Of a stretch of 64,000 bases of DNA, positions 59,401 through 64,000 are shown piece by piece. Location of the stretch: positions 1 through 64,000 of the IMG/VR virus record IMGVR_UViG_3300020171_000004; one strand, 5' to 3'. Under the pieces are notes generated by a model. The model had not been told where the DNA came from and did no database searches. It was given only the letters and a program-made list of their open reading frames with translations. This DNA comes from a virus. The first letter of the stretch is position 1. Each line of letters begins with the position of its first letter. A program made the position numbers and the translations under genes.

Positions 59401-60849
59401 ACCAAACTGTTCAGCTTTAGTTTTATCAGTTGTCCACCACTCACCATTAAGAGTATTCTCATTATTCTCTCCTCTATAGAGAGTAACGTTTTGTCCTGGA
59501 GCTAGATTATCCCAAGTCGCTGCTTTGGTTTCTGTTACTGGTTGCTTAATTCGTTGTTCAGGTTCTTGCTGCTGTATTGGCTGATCTATCTGCTGTTCTA
59601 CTACTTGCTCAGTCTGCGCAGGCTTCAATATTGATACAATTTCTTCAAGTTCATATTTTTTAACGAATTCATCAGGAGACATTTCACCAGAATCAAGCTT
59701 TGCTTTATCAGCTTCAATCTCTATAGATTTTTGATTAAACTCTTCATCAATCTTGGCCCTAGCATCAGAAGATTGTTTAACCAATTGCTTCTCAAGTTCA
59801 AAGTCTCGTTTACCATTAATGATAACTTCAAATTTACTAGCATCAGGTTGAACTGCTTCAGGCTGAGCCTGATCAGTTCCTTCATTAGCAGCGAGTTCTT
59901 GCTCAGTCACTTCAGGCTTACTAGGTGCTCCTGGAAGTAAGTTTGCACCAGCACCCATTGCACCACCAAGAATGATAGCTTTTGCTGAGGCCTCAGGAAC
60001 TCCCTCAAGCAAAGGCTTATCAAGTGCTGCATTAGTGAATATTGTCTCTTGAACAGTTTGTGGTAACTCTTCAAACACACTTTCAGTAATACCACCACCA
60101 ACAATAGATTTTACAACACCTTTAAAGCCTTCCTTCTTAGCTGGATTCAAACCAGAAACTACCATTGTATCAATATCAGTAAAGCCTAGTTTCTTAGATA
60201 ATGATCCACCAACAACACCAAATATTGAAGTACCAAGGCCAGATAATGCCGCTAAACCAGACTGTGTTGCAGTAGTTAATCTGTCTGGAGTTTGTTCTCT
60301 TATCTGCTCTTCTGTTTGCCCAGCACTTATTGCACCCTCACCAATAGCACCAGCAGCAATAACTGATCCTGTCTTTCCTAAAGCAGTCACAGCCTTTGGA
60401 GCAAATTTACTACCAACTGCAAGGGCACCACGACCTAAGACCCCACCAGCAGCAACAGATGGCAAAGTCTCGACAATACCATGCGCAATAGTACTTGGAC
60501 TTGCCAGCATAGCCTTAGCTGTATCAACAAAGCCTTTTGCATCATCAACACTTTTATTAGCTTCTTGCTGTGCAGGAGAGAACTCTGTGGATAACTCTTG
60601 TTGCCATTCTGCTGGTTTTATCCCGATTGTCTCAAGACCACGGCCAATATGACCACCTGTAGGAATATCAGCAAGCCCTATAATACCTTGGCCAGCACCA
60701 ACAACACCTTTAGCAAGAGATATACTAGCATCTTTTAGATTAGATCCTAAAGTACGTTCATATTTAGGTTTTTGAACTTGAGTATCATCAAATAAATTTC
60801 CTACTACTGGCGAAGTAGTGTCTTGTGTATCATCAAAAAGACCGGCCAT
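53482..60849 (-). CDS. Giant multidomain (polyvalent-type) virion/ejection protein, 2455 aa
   Basis: One uninterrupted ORF. Its elements, by residue:
- aa 4-24: LFDDTQ x2 at the N-terminus.
- aa 1 to about 310: Gly/Ala-rich hydrophobic region.
- aa 457-461: LYRGE module.
- aa 528-676: tandem repeats of about 76 aa.
- aa 802-923: FHGTS...GHYFT...FEINVF module.
- aa 1032-1036: HENKH (HExxH).
- A long uncharacterised C-terminal half. Confidence 0.8.
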   Translation of the reverse strand: MAGLFDDTQDTTSPVVGNLFDDTQVQKPKYERTLGSNLKDASISLAKGVVGAGQGIIGLADIPTGGHIGRGLETIGIKPAEWQQELSTEFSPAQQEANKSVDDAKGFVDTAKAMLASPSTIAHGIVETLPSVAAGGVLGRGALAVGSKFAPKAVTALGKTGSVIAAGAIGEGAISAGQTEEQIREQTPDRLTTATQSGLAALSGLGTSIFGVVGGSLSKKLGFTDIDTMVVSGLNPAKKEGFKGVVKSIVGGGITESVFEELPQTVQETIFTNAALDKPLLEGVPEASAKAIILGGAMGAGANLLPGAPSKPEVTEQELAANEGTDQAQPEAVQPDASKFEVIINGKRDFELEKQLVKQSSDARAKIDEEFNQKSIEIEADKAKLDSGEMSPDEFVKKYELEEIVSILKPAQTEQVVEQQIDQPIQQQEPEQRIKQPVTETKAATWDNLAPGQNVTLYRGENNENTLNGEWWTTDKTKAEQFGAVTEVTIPAELIGRHAARGHGRSNEFVFPTEGNRPVQLSNKLNAGWMQKEVPQEDQGLNDYAKQRQAALDYNQKKNTPVRGWAYDDNSTVNNRFIGNEINKQYDTYNPSAPGNVDEAKVDGWIHNSIASGMSKDEIDVAVQRQISLEYNQRKNAKPEPQRGWLFDNPQDVTNRLVQKRIDDLYKTYDPAVPENQKGLASSVASSFTNEQQFAPTGQVGVGEQVPSIKELEEQLNVNEQQSAALADQIATTTDPNELAVLQQESASLYTENGLLQDQWNKQNRPQYTSPEANAETGGFAPQFQVAEGYTKNEAGQELTGFHGTSAEPFDSFDNAKIQSFEHGWSGAGHYFTVKKDYAEGYADAAENTTGKPGRIAEARFSFKNPLYKNSPEYKQLLQDALGKSSILNKADGFKATEAFKAAGYDAVIDGKSLAAAFEINVFDAKNIHTVEGQTQFQSTENQEGLSKVNLEDIKKAFPNQEIIQDADGNVSVKFKNGQGLTIKSIQTAGQGFVKLAIETGQMSKAGKILGITIGSDILLDENFADNKTLWHENKHVLDNLGMITPADDSALNAEFNKLRKANKLEFALSTHEDAKQRMVENRANTFAQIMVNRESYRNTTFGKTIQRIMDFFQQMLSFGQQTVSGLAREVETGKIYERLAANQTLEGKELMQVAQAFYSRLQSAVFNDFPAELKAQKVIPYLKSKLKNTNEQRPYQEIQAIGLQEWLAAKKPTDIVTKEELSNFVKANMVELDDVVLSDEKNLSLKNQEEFRSLDRKYIIDEMRMTPEEHGRYWELKSAMQKVIDGKKTHFSQYTEPGAVDGSYREMFITAHGKNQSTIKSLPEGYSVLDKNGIFWVVENGYESKPIKTGGTSKEAVKKFLKLHNEVNDIRSMEFENHWGDGHSQYSDIKNPIVRIRFNEINADGKRILRIEEMQGPLSDNQAKMPKHLKENIYQLGIKRVLAYAKENGFDGVSLVTRPGMTAGETQADRYSLENQVDSINAKALNNGKFYLEVDGKDGNPVYSGDVSADALESHIGKELAKKIITDNGGTYSGLDLKVGGEGLKTLYDKTIPAMLESYGNGKLESIESNINEDVKISKEEALNTFDDGRMIFIGNKIAEKISDIMRYQGTDITIAMPMMISYLPITDKTTDSFSMFQVAEQKILQVDYEALKSEKNNLLQNYAQQARIKVHEIKLLADKALGSISTRLKNVDPELSEHLRWLDFKTSQKIIDVLKVAKPILDATNGAKNALGIRQGGMTADEQVEWNWARLNSDKGKIEQLAQKYNLTDQLVALREKLNQLRKDAITVGYDVNFIEEYWPRVIKDQEGFLQATQEISQRPMFTEAIRAQAKKLGLTQEQFERDFPEVKADIISNLILGNHRGIGGPGNIQSRVFETIPKEYAPFYMDADAALMQYVYSMTKKIEARKFFGKVPERISGLKSSKKQKQAELIKLNMLADMARAENPERLMDFEDRISTLNENITIIDEKLNEYKHTNNYTENIGSYIDRMMTEGRIQKKDEKTVRDILDARFHEQGTHGIINAYKNFSYIDTMGSPMSAITQIGDLAWAMYVGKVWTPNGFLSTGKNLAKAIINKSDVTKEDLGIERIAQEFADGTTLSKGVSKVFKFVGLEKIDSIGKEVLINNALDQFKAQAKANPEALDRQIKPTFGSKSTDVVQEILSGNPSDNVKMLLYSRLLDFQPVALSEMPEFYLNSGNGRVFYMLKTYTLKQFDVFRKEVVHNLKSDNPQQKLQGLTNMVQLMALLTIANAGADELKDFLMGKESKFSDHVIENFLTIGGASRFMRMQVTKDGIGSATSQMILPPMKFINAASKDVNETYNNYISGDTSKFDHARIIDSIPGVGKLYYWHFGRGAENKQSIAAKEFADASKDARLFKKQLENSDDKRLFIESNLDRFKQSKLQENFQSALNRNKAVINKLEKIPSTENVQTRLGQLKAQREQILQRYLEVAEAMQ

Positions 60850-60898
60850 TTTACACCTATAATTTAATTATTAATTAGTTGATTAGTTGATAATACTC

Positions 60899-62137
60899 TT
60901 AATATGGAAGTGTCCCAAATCTTTTGATATATTCAGCTTCATAATCTTTATTACCTTTCATTTTTATCATTCGATCTTTAGTAGCATTTGAAGGCTTTTC
61001 TAAAGCTGTTTGCTGCTTATCCATTAGATCTTCTAAGTAGGTAGCTTTTCCACCTCTCACAAAAACATTCCTCTTTCTTGTCTGTAGGCTATCAACTTGT
61101 TGACCATCCTTATTAGTAATCATTATTGGTTCTTCAACAATTTGCCATGATCCTTTATCTAATGGATTCTGCAATGCATTAATTTGAGCATCACGCAAAG
61201 CACTTTCTGAATCAGTACTTAATGCATCAATACGATTTTTCTCACGGTCATTTGTATTTCTATTTTTCTCACTCTGTATTGCTGTATGATAGTTAAGCTG
61301 AGCTTTATACTGTTCAACTGCATCTTGGCGCTCACGTGGACTCATTCCAGTTGTATCTGGAGGTTGTGGACCTGCATCAAGTTTTGCTAATGCTCGATCT
61401 TTATTTTCTTGGTTAGTCTCAACTGTTCCTTGATGTTGAAATTTCATTTGACGAATGTTTTCTTGTATATCATTTGTCGACATACTACCATCATAGGTAA
61501 TATCAAGATCACCTACTATAGCTCTTACTGGCTGACCAAGTGTTCTTAATGAAACTGGATTTGCTTGATTATCTGTTTGTCCATGCACAGTCATTGTATT
61601 TTTACCTATGGATAACTGTCTATCACCATTAGGCATAGTTTGTTCATACATTGGTGTTCTATCTTTTGAATAAGCATCAGATTCAGCAACTAAAGTTCTC
61701 TTAGGTTCAGCCTTCTGTGCTATGAAAGGAGCTATTGCATCTTCGATAGTAGATTCTCCACCAAAGTGTGAATTACTAATACCTTTTTGCACTTGTAAAT
61801 CTTTAAGTTTTCTATTAGTATCAGTAATTGCCGGATTAATAATTGTTTTATTTATGTTTGGCAAAGACACTTCTTTTGCTTGGTCATCAAAATACTTAGC
61901 TTCTTTTGCCTGTCTAGCAAGATATCTATCTTTATCTTCAGGCGTTGCTGTTCCAAGTGCAGTACGTTGATCATAGTTTGCATCTTTAACATTATCAATA
62001 ATACCACCAAGAGCCCTGTTTGCACTTAATGCTGCATCTCCTGCACCTGAAAGACCACGTACAAAAGGTTTTACTAGATTAATGTTTGCATCCTGTGCTT
62101 TCAGAAGTCTTTCATCTTCATATCGACTATAAGCCAT
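60899..62137 (-). CDS. Internal-virion-type protein, 412 aa
   Basis: An intact ORF immediately upstream of the giant gene. No motif was recognised. Confidence 0.5.
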   Translation of the reverse strand: MAYSRYEDERLLKAQDANINLVKPFVRGLSGAGDAALSANRALGGIIDNVKDANYDQRTALGTATPEDKDRYLARQAKEAKYFDDQAKEVSLPNINKTIINPAITDTNRKLKDLQVQKGISNSHFGGESTIEDAIAPFIAQKAEPKRTLVAESDAYSKDRTPMYEQTMPNGDRQLSIGKNTMTVHGQTDNQANPVSLRTLGQPVRAIVGDLDITYDGSMSTNDIQENIRQMKFQHQGTVETNQENKDRALAKLDAGPQPPDTTGMSPRERQDAVEQYKAQLNYHTAIQSEKNRNTNDREKNRIDALSTDSESALRDAQINALQNPLDKGSWQIVEEPIMITNKDGQQVDSLQTRKRNVFVRGGKATYLEDLMDKQQTALEKPSNATKDRMIKMKGNKDYEAEYIKRFGTLPY

Positions 62138-62139
62138 TT

Positions 62140-62613
62140 TTAATTTCTCCGTCTATGATGTATTGAATAAAGTGCAAGAATTGAATCAACTGCAAAGAAT
62201 GATCCACTAACATTTTCAAATTTAAAATCAGCATAAACCCACTTATAGCCGACACCACGATTAATTGCAAACATTTTAACTTGCTTAGTTTCACCAGCAT
62301 TAGGTGTTATAGTATATGGCCCATTAATACTATCACCATTACCAGTTACAGTAAGATTTAGTTGACCATTAAATTCTCCAGCAACATAAACTCTTCGTAA
62401 TCTTTTTGGATGATTATCATCAAAATCAACAGTATATGGAATAAAGTAAGCATCAATATTGACTCCATTATCTGTATCACTACAGCATAGTTTAAATAAT
62501 CCTTCTGGACCAGCCCCAAGTTTTACTCCATTAAACATACACATTGAAGTAAAGTCAAAATTAGTATACTGTGTTGATGCAGTATTTGTTAGGTTTGTTC
62601 TTACTGTTTGCAT
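62140..62613 (-). CDS. Structural protein, 157 aa
   Basis: An intact ORF in the same operon, predicted beta-rich. Confidence 0.5.
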   Translation of the reverse strand: MQTVRTNLTNTASTQYTNFDFTSMCMFNGVKLGAGPEGLFKLCCSDTDNGVNIDAYFIPYTVDFDDNHPKRLRRVYVAGEFNGQLNLTVTGNGDSINGPYTITPNAGETKQVKMFAINRGVGYKWVYADFKFENVSGSFFAVDSILALYSIHHRRRN

Positions 62614-62645
62614 TATTAAACCTTTATAGATTCTTTATTATTAAT

Positions 62646-64000
62646 CTATTTCTCTTGATAATCATGTCTTTCAATAATGTCTTCACCATGACTATAAGTA
62701 TTGGTTTCTGATAAAGATAGTTGTTCACTATGATTATAACTATCACTACGAGTTTCTCCATGACTCCATGACTCGCCTTTTGATTCACTACCATTATAAC
62801 TTAAACCAGCCGAAGCATTTACAGCACCATAAGCTGAAGCCATTGCCTGCATTGCAATGTTGGCCATATCAGCAGACACTTTTTCCCTAAGACTATATTC
62901 AGCTGTATATCCTTGAACAGATGCTTCAGCTGCTGCAATAGCTGCACGAAGATCAGCATCTGCATCCTTAATTTTTAGTTCATATTCAGCAATGATATTT
63001 TTCTGATTCTCTGTAATAGCTTTAGTTTCAGCCTCATACCCCATAACTTCAACTTTATATACTTCAGTAATTGCCTCATTTCGCTTTGATTTGGAAGTAA
63101 CTAAAATACCATATGCCTCAGCTTCAGCAGCAAAACCAGCTATAAGACCTTTATTTGCTTCAATAACTGCCTTAAGGTTTTCAACCTGAACTTCAACATA
63201 CATCTTATTAGCTTCTGCTGTAGCAATATATGCTCTTATTTGCTCTGCATAAATAGCAATAGCATTTGCAGCTACAGCCTTAGAATAATCAAGAGAACGA
63301 TCATTCTTTTTACTATTATAATCTCTAAGTAAAGCTTCAAGTCCTTTAGCAGCATCAATTACGAACTGTTGATTTTTCTGGGCAAGTTCAGCCTGCTCAA
63401 TCATTATCTTGCCACTAGCTTCAAGATTATTTGCAGCAATAACATTAGCTTGTTCCTGTAATCTTCCAGCCAGAGCACCAGTAGGAAGATCAAAACCACG
63501 GGAAGAAAAATACTCTTCGATCTCTCGATATTTTGCATCATTATCTACTGATGTTCTTGCTAAATATCTATCATATATCTCCTGTTCAACAGTTCCACCA
63601 AGACCACCTGCACCACTATTTAAATCAGCAATCAGTTTATCATAAAGAATAGTATATAATGAATCATCGTAAGCTGTTTCAAACCAAGATATTGCTGCTG
63701 TTATATCTGCAGGAAGTTCAAGTGGGAGAATAGCTGAAAGATCAACAGATGGTATTGCATTCAATCCTGGAAATGGTGTATCAAATGTAGGGAAGTCAAG
63801 ATCAAGAGTTGCCTCAAATGTTGGAGCTGTAACAATCGTTGTCCCCATATCAGGAACTGTTACATTATTATATACAATAGCATCTATGTCAGTAGTAGGA
63901 AATGTATTAATGATAGATTCAAGTGTAGTTAAATATCCAGTCGAAGCTGATATTTGTCTAGGAACATTTACCCATTCTAATGTATCATAATTCCATACCC
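62646..64000 (-). CDS. Internal-virion-type protein, partial (5' end probably beyond the right window edge)
   Basis: The track starts at ATG 63848. The same frame stays open to position 64000 (VWNYDTLEWVNVPRQISASTGYLTTLESIINTFPTTDIDAIVYNNVTVPDMGTT...), so the true start may lie outside the window. Confidence 0.5.
   Translation of the reverse strand, partial: VWNYDTLEWVNVPRQISASTGYLTTLESIINTFPTTDIDAIVYNNVTVPDMGTTIVTAPTFEATLDLDFPTFDTPFPGLNAIPSVDLSAILPLELPADITAAISWFETAYDDSLYTILYDKLIADLNSGAGGLGGTVEQEIYDRYLARTSVDNDAKYREIEEYFSSRGFDLPTGALAGRLQEQANVIAANNLEASGKIMIEQAELAQKNQQFVIDAAKGLEALLRDYNSKKNDRSLDYSKAVAANAIAIYAEQIRAYIATAEANKMYVEVQVENLKAVIEANKGLIAGFAAEAEAYGILVTSKSKRNEAITEVYKVEVMGYEAETKAITENQKNIIAEYELKIKDADADLRAAIAAAEASVQGYTAEYSLREKVSADMANIAMQAMASAYGAVNASAGLSYNGSESKGESWSHGETRSDSYNHSEQLSLSETNTYSHGEDIIERHDYQEK

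Noticed and set aside
53482-60849. The giant ORF as an N4-type virion RNA polymerase or a crAss-type two-barrel RNA polymerase.
   Set aside because: I found no T7-like polymerase motifs (the Rx3Kx7YG motif B, or the Asp-containing motifs A and C). I also found no DxDGD-type metal-binding loop. The early promoters are plain sigma70 type, so no injected polymerase is required.
1-64000. A temperate lifestyle or prophage (integrase, repressor switch, att sites).
   Set aside because: No integrase, recombinase or CI/Cro-type switch was recognised. The only att-like hint is the T-arm-like motif at 34013-34068, which is insufficient.

Overview
The window looks like most of the genome of a virulent, probably short-tailed, dsDNA phage. 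I recognised no tape-measure, tube or sheath gene. No rRNA gene, intact tRNA gene, CRISPR array, integrase or reverse transcriptase was found. All functional calls come from motifs read by eye, because no database search was possible. Several ORF-track starts were moved to the first ATG with a Shine-Dalgarno sequence.

There are three transcription blocks:
- Block 1 (1-21250, minus strand) holds late genes. In transcription order these are small and large terminase, portal, a DUF2829/Tad2-like protein, a GroES-like co-chaperonin, scaffold, a decoration-like protein, major capsid protein and an Ig-like protein. A long translationally coupled operon follows, with three signal-peptide proteins (tail-fibre-like, LamG-like, beta-helix), an elaborate envelope/lysis cassette and tail-type proteins.
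- Block 2 (about 21800-53406, plus strand) starts with four consensus sigma70 promoters. It then carries about 8 kb of small orphan early genes and a replication, recombination and nucleotide module. That module has a UvrD-like helicase, two HNH endonucleases, a Cas4-like nuclease, a Sak4-like ATPase, a DUF669-like SSB, NAD ligase, ParB-methyltransferase, family A polymerase with an N-terminal UDG-like domain, a P-loop helicase candidate, primase-polymerase, two DEDD exonucleases and a ThyX-like protein.
- Block 3 (53482-64000, minus strand) encodes internal-virion-type proteins dominated by a 2455-aa giant.

Strongest leads:
- The giant protein looks like a polyvalent ejected effector, with an H-Y-E ADP-ribosyltransferase-like module followed by an HExxH metallopeptidase motif.
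- The exact palindrome GTTCA-N4-TGAAC occurs five times, each time in an intergenic gap.
- The envelope cassette is partly duplicated (Zn-ribbon plus lipoprotein). One Zn-ribbon copy carries an in-frame TGA, yet homology continues beyond it.
- A Tad2-like gene sits inside the head module.
- Non-coding, G+C-rich repeat and palindrome regions lie at 21251-21780, 23270-23845 and 24434-24745.
- Three otherwise unrelated proteins share a C-terminal LSPEQREAVL-type tail.
- One ORF is split at an A6 run.
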